Shown: positions 52,295 through 61,718, numbered from the stretch's first letter. The stretch: 64,000 bases of DNA from an uncultured virus (IMG/VR IMGVR_UViG_3300005673_000046) (IMGVR_UViG_3300005673_000046), one strand, 5' to 3'. Program-made: numbers and translations. The notes: generated by a model not told the origin, from the letters alone.

Positions 52295-53634
52295 TGCATG
52301 AGCCCCGCGATGCCAGTGCTGAGCATGTTCGGCAGATTCGGCAACACCAGACGCAGATGCTGCGACGGGATGCCCCACCAGCGCAGAAGCTCACCGGCGT
52401 ACTGGTCGCACGACAGGGTCGGGATGCTGCGACCCTGGCCGGAGTCCTGCGGACCGTCGACCGTCATGTCGTAAGGCGCCCCGTAGATCGAGCCGTTGAC
52501 CGAGCCGCCCATCACGAAGTGGTGCCCGCCCCAGCCGTGGTCCGTGCCGAGGCGGCCGTTCTGGATAAGCGCGCGGCCGAAGTCGCTCATCGTGAAGGTC
52601 GTGACGCTGTCCTGCATCGACAGGTCGCCCAGCGCCAGCCAGAAGGTGTTCAGCGCCTCGTCCACCGTGCTCATCAGCGCGTCATGCCGCGCGCGCAGCG
52701 AGTCGTGCGTGTCGAACCCGCCGATGCTCACGAAGAACAGCTGCCGGCGCTGCGCGAACTGGGTGCGCGAATGGATCACGCGCGCCACCACGCGCAGTTG
52801 CTGGGCCAGGCTGTTGCCGGAGACGGCGTCGAAGCGGCCATTGGGCGTGCCGGGCAGAGCCTGCAGCGCGGCGGCCAGCGAGGCCTGGCGCGCGATCGCC
52901 GACGTCATCCGGTCTGCCCAGTACCCCTGAAGCGCGTTCTGGTAGTCCGAGCGGATGCGCGCGGCCGCGGCGTGGCCGCCGGACTCCACGGTCGTCGAGT
53001 GCGCGGTGAAGGACTCGATCGTGCTCGGGCCGGCCTCCTGCATGTCCGAGGAGCGCAGCCCGGCGTAGCCCCGCATCAGCGTCTGCAGGCCCGACACACT
53101 GAAGCCTGGCGGCAGGCCGTCCGTCGGCGCCGGGTTGAAGTAGCCGGCAGCCAGGTTCGCTGCGCGCCCGAACCAGCCGCGCAGGATCGGCAAGCCGAAC
53201 TGCTCCAGGGCCTGCCACTGCTGCTGCTGGGAATTGTGGCTGAACAGCTGCTGCGCGATGCGCACAGACCTGGCCTGGTAGGCCTGGCGCGTGGTCGGCT
53301 CGATCAGCATGCCGACGTTGAGCACGACACCCAGGTCGCCGGCGTCCCACCGGGTCTTGAGCCCGCCCAGGTTGTGGTGCAGTCGCCAGTCGGCGCCCAG
53401 GTGATTCGTCGGCGCCTGCGCGATCGGGATGCCGACGTTCGTCTGGTCGGGCCGGTAGAAGTCGTACTGCTGGCGATTGGCCCCGGTCAACGGGATGACC
53501 GTGTTGTAGTGGTCGTTGCCGCCGAACAGGAAGACGCAGACCAAGGCCCTGAAGTCGGTCCCGCCGCCCGCTGCCGCAGCCGCTGTCAGGTCGGCGACGA
53601 CATTCGGGGCGGTGTAGCTGGCTGGCACGCTCAT
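52291..53634 (-). CDS. DUF1501 family protein
   Basis: DFRALVCVFLFGGND, LFSHNSQQ, GGFDTH, MSDFGR, GTDHGWGG. Confidence 0.9.
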   Translation of the reverse strand: MSVPASYTAPNVVADLTAAAAAGGGTDFRALVCVFLFGGNDHYNTVIPLTGANRQQYDFYRPDQTNVGIPIAQAPTNHLGADWRLHHNLGGLKTRWDAGDLGVVLNVGMLIEPTTRQAYQARSVRIAQQLFSHNSQQQQWQALEQFGLPILRGWFGRAANLAAGYFNPAPTDGLPPGFSVSGLQTLMRGYAGLRSSDMQEAGPSTIESFTAHSTTVESGGHAAAARIRSDYQNALQGYWADRMTSAIARQASLAAALQALPGTPNGRFDAVSGNSLAQQLRVVARVIHSRTQFAQRRQLFFVSIGGFDTHDSLRARHDALMSTVDEALNTFWLALGDLSMQDSVTTFTMSDFGRALIQNGRLGTDHGWGGHHFVMGGSVNGSIYGAPYDMTVDGPQDSGQGRSIPTLSCDQYAGELLRWWGIPSQHLRLVLPNLPNMLSTGIAGLMQ

Positions 53635-53644
53635 GGCTGTCCCC

Positions 53645-55576
53645 TCAAAGCTGGATGCGGAAGTCCGGGCTGGAGACGACCAGCTGCGCGGCCACCGAGA
53701 CGCGGTCCTGCTGCTCGGTGTCGGTGCCCGTGGCCATGCTGCCCGTGACGCTCTCGATCGAGGCGCGCAGCCCCGGGCTCATGCGGCCGCCGCAGAACAG
53801 CAGGTTCAGCCGCTCGGCCAGCTCGGCCGCAGTGCCTGTGACCGGCAGGTAGGAGGCATACCCGCCCGATGGTATGTAGACCGAGTTCGCGGGCGTGTCA
53901 CGCGGCTCCGAGGCCGTCCAGCGGTTGCGCAGCCTGTTGACGCTGCGCACCATCAGCACGTCCGACCACTGGCCAATCTCCGGGGCTTCGAGGCCCCACT
54001 CGGCCAGCGAGCCCTCGGTGTGGTTCGCGTCGTGGAAGCCGAAGATGCTCGGCGCGCTGAGGAAGTCGGCGTTGCCGAAGTCGTTCATGTGGTCCGTGCG
54101 CGAGTTCTGCGCCCACGACAGGAAGCCGCTGTTGTTCTCGCGGTGCATGACCCGAAGCCAGTGAATCCAGCACTCGAAGCCGTCGCGGACCCGGCCGCCG
54201 TGCTCGTCGATGGCACCGTCGTATGAGGCCTCCGGGTCGCACAGGATCGCCGTCCACAGCGCCTTCATGTCGCCGCGCACGCCGAAGCCGTTGTCGATGA
54301 ACTTGGCCGCCACGCGCGCCACGTAGGCCGGCGTGGGGTTGCTCTTGACCAGCATCTGGATGAAGCGGCGCGCGACGAAGGGCGGCGTGTTCGGGTGGTT
54401 GAAAAGCGCGTCGTGCACGATCGTCAGGTTCGTCACCGGATCGGTGCCCTCCGTGATGTCGACGCGGCCGCCCAGCGCGCGCTTCGCTCCCCACTCGTAC
54501 AGGTAGTGAAAGTGCTTCTGCCGCAGGTCCGGGTTGTCGAACAGCATCTGCGCGCGCGTCAGATTGTTCGAGATGCCGAACCGCGTGCGCATGTTGCTGA
54601 TCGTGCCGGCCGAGGGGTTGGGGTCGGTGTAGAGGTTGCTGGCCAGGTCGGGCCGGCACAGCCCGGTAAAGGCCCGCGCGAGCTGCCGGATGTCGTCGTT
54701 GGTGTAGGTCGGGATCGGCTGGCCGTCGGTGTCCAGGCGCTGCGTGCCATCGGGGTTCAGCTCCCACAGCCCGATGGTGAACAACTGCATGATTTCCCGC
54801 GCGTAGTTCTCGTCAGGCTGGGTAGAACCGTCGGGGGCCGCCTTCTCGTTGGCGTTGAAGGTCAGCATGCTGGCCATTGGGGTGCTGTAGCTCACGCTCT
54901 CCAGCAGTTCGCGGAAGTTGCCGAAGACGTGCGCGTTCAACCGGTCAAGCCAGCACGGGCCTTCGTAGTTGGCGACGCTGGCAATGCCGCCGCCAGGGAA
55001 TCCGACCGGAAAGAACTTGGCCACCGCCCACAGGCACCGCAAGCGCAGGATGGCCGGCTCGGCGTGCAACCCGAAGCCGGTGTTGACGGTGTAGCTCACG
55101 GGCGATGCATACGAGGCCCCCGCGACGTCGGTGGCGCTGATGGGCGCGTCGAACATGCGCTGGCGGAACGATTTGGACAGCGACATGGCGAGCTGCTGGC
55201 GCACCCACAGCTTGCGCGAGCCCAGCGTGTGGCAGGCCTGGATTTCGGCCCAGGTGGCGCCCATCGCGGCCTGGCGCAGGAAGTGCGCCGACTCGCGCAG
55301 GGTGGTGATCTTGTCCGTGGCGTGCTCCGTGCCTATCAGGCTGGCCACCGCGGCCGACACATCGGCCTTCGTCGGCACGCCACCGGCGGCGGATGCGCCA
55401 CGCACGGCGTTCGTCTCGCCGGCGGTCAGCAGTTGGACCATCTTCTCGCCGTCCCACCAGAAGGTGCGCGACGGCTTCTCGTCGCTGGTCTGATACCAGA
55501 CCCCGGGCCGCCCCTCGATGCCGGGGCCGCCCGGCGTGGCGCGGACCTCGGACGAGCGGATGAGCTGGATGTTCAT
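53645..55576 (-). CDS. DUF1800 family protein
   Basis: FGNFRELLE, PDENYAREIMQLFTIGL, FNHPNTPPF, LVKSNPTPAYVARVA, GDMKA. Confidence 0.9.
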   Translation of the reverse strand: MNIQLIRSSEVRATPGGPGIEGRPGVWYQTSDEKPSRTFWWDGEKMVQLLTAGETNAVRGASAAGGVPTKADVSAAVASLIGTEHATDKITTLRESAHFLRQAAMGATWAEIQACHTLGSRKLWVRQQLAMSLSKSFRQRMFDAPISATDVAGASYASPVSYTVNTGFGLHAEPAILRLRCLWAVAKFFPVGFPGGGIASVANYEGPCWLDRLNAHVFGNFRELLESVSYSTPMASMLTFNANEKAAPDGSTQPDENYAREIMQLFTIGLWELNPDGTQRLDTDGQPIPTYTNDDIRQLARAFTGLCRPDLASNLYTDPNPSAGTISNMRTRFGISNNLTRAQMLFDNPDLRQKHFHYLYEWGAKRALGGRVDITEGTDPVTNLTIVHDALFNHPNTPPFVARRFIQMLVKSNPTPAYVARVAAKFIDNGFGVRGDMKALWTAILCDPEASYDGAIDEHGGRVRDGFECWIHWLRVMHRENNSGFLSWAQNSRTDHMNDFGNADFLSAPSIFGFHDANHTEGSLAEWGLEAPEIGQWSDVLMVRSVNRLRNRWTASEPRDTPANSVYIPSGGYASYLPVTGTAAELAERLNLLFCGGRMSPGLRASIESVTGSMATGTDTEQQDRVSVAAQLVVSSPDFRIQL

Positions 55577-55589
55577 GGGCAACTCCAGA

Positions 55590-55618
55590 AAGCACAAAGC
55601 CCGCCGAATGGCGGGCTT
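55590..55618 (-). terminator. intrinsic terminator between the tRNA and DUF1800
   Basis: AAGCCCGCC-ATTC-GGCGGGCTT followed by TGTGCTTTCT on the minus strand. Confidence 0.65.
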
Positions 55619-55752
55619 CAGGATCAAGAACGGGGCGATGGTGCAGGCGAGCGCAACGTCTATGCCTCGGCCGGCGCTACCCTGCACAGCGCGCCGGCGC
55701 CTATGACTTCATCCCGTGGGACGCACCACGGTTAGCCCCTGCGGGGTGTATC

Positions 55753-55827
55753 TGGATGCGAAGGCCGGAATCGAACCGACGACCTGGTGGTTATGAGCCA
55801 CCCGCTCTACCACTGAGCTACCTCGCA
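55753..55827 (-). tRNA. tRNA with CAT anticodon (Met or Ile2), CCA encoded
   Basis: Acceptor TGCGAGG/CTTCGCA, D arm GCTC/GAGC, GGTGG-CTCATAA-CCACC, GTCGG-TTCGATT-CCGGC, T-CCA. Confidence 0.92.
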
Positions 55828-55978
55828 AGGGAATTCAGGGACGAGTTCGCCCGCCTATGGGCGCCGCGGCACGCGCGGATCAGGCGGCACGGCCGCCAGG
55901 CGGGGGCTCCGGGGAGCCTGTGATCTGCCGCCCGGCCGTTGTCGGCGGGGTGGCCTGTTCCCTATTCGGGGTGGCTCC

Positions 55979-56006
55979 ATTATGCAGCGCCAGGTCCGTG
56001 TGTCCA
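55979..56006 (-). promoter_or_regulatory. putative sigma70 promoter upstream of the tRNA/lysis block
   Basis: TGGACA-16-CATAAT on the minus strand. Confidence 0.45.
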
Positions 56007-56097
56007 CCCTCGGAGTCTTCGGGGTCATCCTCGGGCCCGTCCCAGGCGTCGGCATAGCGGGCCTGCATGGCCGCCTGCCGGGCCCTGGCGCGGCGGC

Positions 56098-56943
56098 TCA
56101 TTGCGACGGAACCTTGTACGACGTGGCACCCAGGAACACCGGCCTGCCCAGCGCCTCGGCCACGCGCTTGCGCAGCTCCTCGATGGCGTGCTCGCGGTCC
56201 TTGTGGGGGCGGTCCAGGTCGTACCACAGCCGCAGCTCGCCGCCGTCCATCACGCGGTAGCGCAGCTTCGCGCGGATCTTGTGCATCGGGCCGTTCTTGA
56301 GCACCGGGATGGCGATGTCGATGTCCTGCGGAATCTCGAGCATGCCGTTGCGCGCGCTGCCCTCGATCGTCTCCTCGTAGCGAATCTGGACCTGGCCGTT
56401 GTCCAGCCTCGTCGCGCTGCCGAAGCGCAGCGTCTTCTTGACCTCCAGCTGCAGCGCGACCTCCAGCACCTGCGCGGCATCCGGCCGGACGATGTCGACC
56501 AGGTTGTCCTCCAGGAACGTGCCGAATTCGCGCTGGCTCATCGGGGAGCCATCCTTCGCGGTCCACGTCTTCCACTCGATGCTCGGCTTGCAGTGGTAGG
56601 TGGCGGCGTACTGCTTCCAGCCCGGGGCGCCGCCGTGGTCGTCGATCACGGCGACCAGCACCGTGTTGTCGTCGTTCTCGGAGTCCAGGTAGATGCGGGT
56701 CGCGTCCGTGGCCTCCTGCTTGACGTAGTCGATGAAGCTCTGCTCGTCCTGCAGCCGGGTCAGGCCGCGCTTGCGCATCGGCTCGGGCATCAGGAACTCC
56801 AGGCCCTCGATCCGGTCGCCCCGGTCCATGACGATGAAGGGGACCGAGCCGGCCATGGGCATCACGCGCGCATCGGTCGCGCGGCGCGCCAGCTCGGCGA
56901 CGACTTCGGCCTCGGTGACGGTCTTGATCTGCGGGGTGTCCAT
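56098..56943 (-). CDS. YfdQ/DUF2303 family protein
   Basis: SFIDYVK, VAVIDDH, MSQREFGTFLEDNLVDI, RLDNGQVQ, ARLRYR-like motif. Confidence 0.88.
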   Translation of the reverse strand: MDTPQIKTVTEAEVVAELARRATDARVMPMAGSVPFIVMDRGDRIEGLEFLMPEPMRKRGLTRLQDEQSFIDYVKQEATDATRIYLDSENDDNTVLVAVIDDHGGAPGWKQYAATYHCKPSIEWKTWTAKDGSPMSQREFGTFLEDNLVDIVRPDAAQVLEVALQLEVKKTLRFGSATRLDNGQVQIRYEETIEGSARNGMLEIPQDIDIAIPVLKNGPMHKIRAKLRYRVMDGGELRLWYDLDRPHKDREHAIEELRKRVAEALGRPVFLGATSYKVPSQ

Positions 56944-56967
56944 CGGGTTCTCCTTGGGTTGTGGCGC

Positions 56968-57318
56968 TCAGGCCTTGTTGACGACGCGGACCTCGGTGGT
57001 CGCCTTCTCGATGACGGTCAGCCCCTCCAGCTCGCCCTGGCGCGGGTCGCTGCGCTGCAGGTGGCCGTCGGGGGTGGCGTACAGCAGCGTGATGCCCTTC
57101 TCGGGCTTGGGCGGCGTGACCTTGAAGTCGTCGACGATTTCCATGGGGCCGCCCTTGCTGGGCTTGATCTTGATGGTCAGCGTCAGCGAGCCGCCCTTGC
57201 CGGAGGACTCGGCCTCCTTGACCAGGCGCTGCAGCGCGGCGTCCAGGTCGACGGCCAGCGCGCCGCGGCGCAGCGCGTTGATGGTGTCGGCGAAGGTTCG
57301 CTTGGGGATGTCGCTCAT
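56968..57318 (-). CDS. conserved phage protein typically paired with DUF2303
   Basis: GKGGSLTLTIKIKP..TPDGHLQRSDPRQGEL. Confidence 0.8.
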   Translation of the reverse strand: MSDIPKRTFADTINALRRGALAVDLDAALQRLVKEAESSGKGGSLTLTIKIKPSKGGPMEIVDDFKVTPPKPEKGITLLYATPDGHLQRSDPRQGELEGLTVIEKATTEVRVVNKA

Positions 57319-57425
57319 CGGGGACTCTCCGGTGGGTTGAAGAAAGCGGGCGGCGCTTGCGCGCGGCGGCGGGGAACAACGGGAGGGAGGAGGAGGCTCA
57401 ACCCCGCCGCACTCGCCCGGGAAAC

Positions 57426-57680
57426 TCAGGACTCGCGCTTGGCGTCGCGCTCGTGCTTCTCGAAGGGGAACTTGCCGCTGACCAGCGCGCCGAAGGCCTT
57501 GCCGATCGACTCGGCCTCGGCCAGCGACTGGTGGACCTCGGCGGGCACGCCGTCGTACACGTAGGCCGCCTGGCTGCTGTGGAAGGTCAACACCAGGCGC
57601 TGTGCCGCAGGGTCGTAGCCCATGCCGCTGATGCGCGTTGATCCCGTGACGGGCTTGACCAGGTCGAAGACGCTACCCAT
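57426..57680 (-). CDS. KTSC domain protein
   Basis: STRISGMGYD..LTF..YVYDGVP..AESIGKAF. Confidence 0.85.
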   Translation of the reverse strand: MGSVFDLVKPVTGSTRISGMGYDPAAQRLVLTFHSSQAAYVYDGVPAEVHQSLAEAESIGKAFGALVSGKFPFEKHERDAKRES

Positions 57681-58011
57681 TGCTGCGCCCCTTGAGCTTG
57701 TTGATGTGATCCATGCCGTCGTCGTTGAGCATCTGCACGGCCACCCGGACATCGTTGGCGACGTCCGAGTGGTTGTCGTTGATGAGGGCCTCCAGCATTG
57801 AGCCCTGAACCGCGCAGAGGAACGGGGCCAGGGCCTGGATGATGTCCGGCGGGGCTTCCTTGATGAGTGACGCCATCGTGCTGTTGTTGTAGAGCAGCGC
57901 CGTCAGGTGCATGACGCGCGTTGAAGTCGCCTCGCCCCGCACGGCCTTGAGGTTGTCGACGAAGTCCCGAAGCCGCGGCGCGTCCGGCATGGCGTTCGCG
58001 GGGCCGCTCAT
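57673..58011 (-). CDS. hypothetical protein
   Basis: Coupled to its neighbours; starts MSGPANAMPD. Confidence 0.65.
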   Translation of the reverse strand: MSGPANAMPDAPRLRDFVDNLKAVRGEATSTRVMHLTALLYNNSTMASLIKEAPPDIIQALAPFLCAVQGSMLEALINDNHSDVANDVRVAVQMLNDDGMDHINKLKGRSNG

Positions 58012-58892
58012 ACGACCCCCTTGCGAATCGCCACCGACTCGCGGTACACGGCCCGCAGGCCCGGGACGGTCATGCCCTCCTCCAGCGCGGCGGCGAGCTT
58101 GTTGGCCGCGCTCTGGTCCAGCGACAGCAGGTTGACGAGGCTGCGGTCGCCCTTGGCCAGGCGCTCGGCACACGCCACGATCAGCGCGTCCAGCGACAGC
58201 AGCTCGGCCTCCCACTTGCCGCGCACGCCCTTGGCGCGCACCGCGGTCGGCTTGGCGACGACGTGCAGCGCCTGCACGGCCTGCACAGCGGCGCCGGTGG
58301 CCGCGTCCTGCACCTGCGAGGCCTGCTGCAGCAGCTCTGCGGCCATGATGCCGTCGTGCTGCTTGGCCGCGGCGATCAGCTCGGCCGCCTGAATCTTGGC
58401 CTCCAGCTCGGCATCGGCGGCCCGGCGCGCGGCCTCCTCGCGCTCGCGGCGCTCGCGCTCGGCACGCTCGGCGGCCTGGCGCCGCTGCTCGCGGTCGTAG
58501 TCGACGATCTTGGTGCGCAGCGCGTCCAGGACCACCTTCACGTGCTGGCGCGGCGTGTTGTAGCCGGCGTTGATGAGCTTGACCACCGCGTTGTAGGGCC
58601 CGACCTGGGCCTGGCGCTCGCGCTCGATTTCGCCGCTGTCGGAGGCCACCGCGGCCAGCCGGCCGGCAATCTCCTGCGCCTCGGCCAGCATGTCCGGCGA
58701 GTCGATGACCAGGTCACGCCCGACCTCGATGTCGTCGGCGATCTTGTCCAGCAGCTCCTGCACGCGCATCGTGCTGGCCACCAAGCGGCTCTCTGGGGAT
58801 ACCTCCACCAGGTCGCCGATGCGCTCCAGCGCCGGCGCGAGCGCGCCGCGGCGCTCCATGAGCGCCTGGGTTTCGGGGATCATGAGCTTCAT
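58008..58892 (-). CDS. coiled-coil protein of the recombination module
   Basis: GGAGG RBS; long EAR-rich coiled coil; C-terminal VPGLRAV. Confidence 0.7.
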   Translation of the reverse strand: MKLMIPETQALMERRGALAPALERIGDLVEVSPESRLVASTMRVQELLDKIADDIEVGRDLVIDSPDMLAEAQEIAGRLAAVASDSGEIERERQAQVGPYNAVVKLINAGYNTPRQHVKVVLDALRTKIVDYDREQRRQAAERAERERREREEAARRAADAELEAKIQAAELIAAAKQHDGIMAAELLQQASQVQDAATGAAVQAVQALHVVAKPTAVRAKGVRGKWEAELLSLDALIVACAERLAKGDRSLVNLLSLDQSAANKLAAALEEGMTVPGLRAVYRESVAIRKGVV

Positions 58893-59494
58893 CGTCTCGC
58901 CTCCTGCCATTGATGGACGGCCAGCAGCCCCGTGAAGCAGCTCCAGTCGTCCGGGGACGTCCAAGGCAGCAGCTCGTAGCTGCCATCGGCCGCCAGTTGC
59001 ACCGTGCCGCGCCGGTCCAGCGCGGCCTCGGGGTCTTGTTCCGCAAACATCGAGCGATAGGCGGCGGTCTGCACGCCCCACGGCTCGTGCGCATCGGTCG
59101 CCGTCTTGATGTCGATGGTCCAGACGCCGGGCATCGACCCATGCAGCGAGCCCCTGCGATCCGGCGTGCCGGCGTACTTGAGCCGCGCCGAGTACATCGG
59201 CTGCTCGATGGCGAACCAGCGCGGATCGTGGTCCTGCAGAAACGCCTTCCACGCCCGCAGGTAGCCGTGAAAGCGCGCGTGCTGCGGGTCCGCCAGCATC
59301 GCCGCCTCGTCCAGCAGCCCCAGGTCGTAGGCCTCCGTGAGCTTGTGGACGTAGGTGCCGCGCTCCTGCGCGGCGCGCAGCACCGCTGGCGGCACACGCG
59401 ACCAGTCGTGCAGCGGCGCCATGATCTGGGTCACGCTCGGCACGCGCACACCGTTCCACCGGTAGGTATGCGTCGCCTCGTCGAAGGTGAGCAC
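58889..59494 (-). CDS. PD-(D/E)xK exonuclease
   Basis: FDEATHTY..PSVTQI..RGTYVH..YAGTPD..IDIKT..QTAAY. Confidence 0.85.
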   Translation of the reverse strand: MLTFDEATHTYRWNGVRVPSVTQIMAPLHDWSRVPPAVLRAAQERGTYVHKLTEAYDLGLLDEAAMLADPQHARFHGYLRAWKAFLQDHDPRWFAIEQPMYSARLKYAGTPDRRGSLHGSMPGVWTIDIKTATDAHEPWGVQTAAYRSMFAEQDPEAALDRRGTVQLAADGSYELLPWTSPDDWSCFTGLLAVHQWQEARR

Positions 59495-59496
59495 GG

Positions 59497-60669
59497 TTAG
59501 CCCAGCTTGGTCTTGGCCAACCTCCACTGCTCCTTGGTCAGGCCGTCCAGCGTGTTCGGGTCGACGTTGACGCCCACCGAACGCAGCAGCTCACCCAGGT
59601 CGACGTCGGCCGCCTCGCAGGCGCGCCGCAGGTTCTGCCGCTCGCCGGCACTGGCCAGCAGCGCGGCCGGCGCGGCCGGCGGCGGCGGGGACAGAGGCGG
59701 CGCCACCTGGGCGGGTGCCGGCGCGGGGCTCGGGCCATCGTCCCACGGCAGGTCACTGTCGCCGTACTGGCCGCTCTGCTGGCCGCTCGGCGTCGGCCCC
59801 GGGGCCGGCTCCGGCGCTGGGGCCGGCTCCGGCGCTGGGGCCGGCTCCGGTGCAGGCGCCTGGGCGCGCATCGGCGGCGTCGGCGGCGCTGCGGGCGGCG
59901 CTGCGGGCGGCGGCGGGACTTCGATCGTCTCCGGCGTGATGTCGATGATGTCGCGCTCGACCTCGGCCGGCTGGCCCATGCCCATGACGATGTCGCTGGC
60001 GTGGATCGCCGCGAAGAAAGTTCCGGCGCGGTACTGCAGCATCAGCTCGCGCATTTCGCCCTGCCACTTGCTGCCGTCCTTCGCGTACCAGCCTTCTTCG
60101 ACGGCCATCTTCATGCTCACCGGCGGGCCCTCGACGCGCCGCGTGGTCAGCACGCCGTTCTGCCGCGCGTAGGCCCAGGCGCGGCACTCGACGTCCTCGA
60201 TTTCGACTTCGTGCTCGACGTAGTCGTACTTCCGGGTTTGCTTGTTCCAGCCCTGCTTCTCTCGGTACTTCGCCTTGATCTTGCCCCGCGGCTTGATGTC
60301 GTACTGCAGCGGCCCGAAGCGGCCCGACGCATTCACCGCGGCGATCTGGAACTTGCTCGTCCACCGCAGCTTGCCGTTGATGTTGTCGGCGTTCTGCATG
60401 ACGCTCACCACGCTCATGCCGATACTGCGCGCGACCTCGATGGCCACCAGGCAGTTGCCGATCGCGTTCGGGTTCTCGACGTAGGTGACGTTGAAGTCCC
60501 GATCCTTCTTCTCGATCGTGGCGCGGAACTGTTCGGGCACCGCGTTGCTGCTGGCCAGCGCGCGCGCCAGGCGGATGCCGAACTCGAAGCCCTGCGGAGA
60601 GAGCAGGTCGATGGGAGTGCTGCGCTGCGCTTCGACCGTGGCGACGGCGCGCGGCTCGGGTGCGTTCAT
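59497..60669 (-). CDS. RecT-like single-strand annealing protein
   Basis: ASSNAVP..NCLVAIE..VMQN..MAVEEGW..GSKW..MLQYRA; adjacent to the exonuclease. Confidence 0.75.
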   Translation of the reverse strand: MNAPEPRAVATVEAQRSTPIDLLSPQGFEFGIRLARALASSNAVPEQFRATIEKKDRDFNVTYVENPNAIGNCLVAIEVARSIGMSVVSVMQNADNINGKLRWTSKFQIAAVNASGRFGPLQYDIKPRGKIKAKYREKQGWNKQTRKYDYVEHEVEIEDVECRAWAYARQNGVLTTRRVEGPPVSMKMAVEEGWYAKDGSKWQGEMRELMLQYRAGTFFAAIHASDIVMGMGQPAEVERDIIDITPETIEVPPPPAAPPAAPPTPPMRAQAPAPEPAPAPEPAPAPEPAPGPTPSGQQSGQYGDSDLPWDDGPSPAPAPAQVAPPLSPPPPAAPAALLASAGERQNLRRACEAADVDLGELLRSVGVNVDPNTLDGLTKEQWRLAKTKLG

Positions 60670-60703
60670 GGGCGTTCCTCGATCGGGTTGATGACCCGCT
60701 GAC

Positions 60704-60744
60704 GTTCGTTTTACGGGTCGCCCGCAGTGTACGGCCTACCGAAC
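60704..60744. promoter_or_regulatory. leftward operators (OL-like)
   Basis: GTTCGTTTTACGGGTC (60704-60719) and GTACGGCCTACCGAAC (60729-60744). Confidence 0.55.
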
Positions 60745-60823
60745 ATCGTGACAACAAGGCGCCGCGTACCCCGTGGTCGCGGGGGCTATGTTCTAGGGGG
60801 TGCCGTTACCATTGCGCCGACTT

Positions 60824-61240
60824 ATGGACGCAGGCACCCAATGTGCCGACGGCCTGCGGTGGTCTTGGCAGACTGTCGGCGATGTGTTGATCCTTCGAGC
60901 GAACGGCCCATTCGGGCCGGCGGGCGCGCACGCGGTGCGCATGCGGCTGTGGCACGCGCAAAGCTCCTGCATCGTGCCTGTGCTCGATGTCCGAGCTGCG
61001 GTGCTGCTGCCCGGTGTGACCGACGAGCTTCCGGCGCGCGGCGTTCCCGTGGCGCTGCTGACGCTCGAGATACAGCGCGCTACGGCCGAGGCGTGGGCCT
61101 ACAGCGCGTGCGATGCCGGCCTGCTGTTGATGCCGTTCAGCGAGGAACGCGCGGCCGTCTCCTGGGCTGCGGCGCGCGCGCGGAATCGGCGCTGGACGCA
61201 GCGTCGGAGGCCTTGGCAGAGTCAGCTCGGGCGTCGATAG
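60824..61240 (+). CDS. hypothetical protein, possibly STAS/SEC14-like
   Basis: VLILRANGPF..VLDVR..VALL..PFSEERAAVSWA. Confidence 0.45.
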   Translation: MDAGTQCADGLRWSWQTVGDVLILRANGPFGPAGAHAVRMRLWHAQSSCIVPVLDVRAAVLLPGVTDELPARGVPVALLTLEIQRATAEAWAYSACDAGLLLMPFSEERAAVSWAAARARNRRWTQRRRPWQSQLGRR

Positions 61241-61601
61241 CGCGCAGCGCGTGCATCGCCAGCGCGTAGGCCTGCGATCGCTTGCGCGGGTCGGCGATCG
61301 CGTCCAGTGACTCGGCCAGGTCCAGCGCCTCGGCCGACAGGCGCATCAGCGGCGGCTGACCCGCCTCGCCGCCGGCCGCAATAAGCTGCCACGGCTCTAC
61401 CCCGAAGACCTGGGCCACGCGCTCCAGTACATCCAGGCCGATCGACGTCCCGCCATCCTTGATGCGGCTGGCGGTCGAAGGCGACACCTCGGCCTCTCTG
61501 GCCAGCCGGCGCAGGTTCTCTCGCCCCCACTGCTCAAGCATCAGCTGCGACACCGCCGCCCACAGGACGGCTCGCGTGTCTGTCACATCGCGGGTTTTCA
61601 T
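61137..61601 (-). CDS. XRE-family HTH repressor (CI-like)
   Basis: LRRLAREAEVSPSTASRIKDG..IGLDVLERVAQVFGVEPWQLI; divergent from the Cro-like gene; no S24 peptidase domain seen. Confidence 0.85.
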   Translation of the reverse strand: MKTRDVTDTRAVLWAAVSQLMLEQWGRENLRRLAREAEVSPSTASRIKDGGTSIGLDVLERVAQVFGVEPWQLIAAGGEAGQPPLMRLSAEALDLAESLDAIADPRKRSQAYALAMHALRAIDARADSAKASDAASSADSARAPQPRRRPRVPR

Positions 61602-61670
61602 GGCCTGTAAACCCTAGCAGGGTGGCGAACCGAATACGGTGCATCGAGTCGGGAATGGCCGACGTCTTAC

Positions 61671-61718
61671 GTACCGTAAAGCGAACCACATTGGCAGCCC
61701 AGGTTCGTTTCTCGGTAC
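61671..61718. promoter_or_regulatory. rightward operators (OR-like)
   Basis: GTACCGTAAAGCGAAC (61671-61686) and GTTCGTTTCTCGGTAC (61703-61718) as an inverted pair. Confidence 0.65.
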
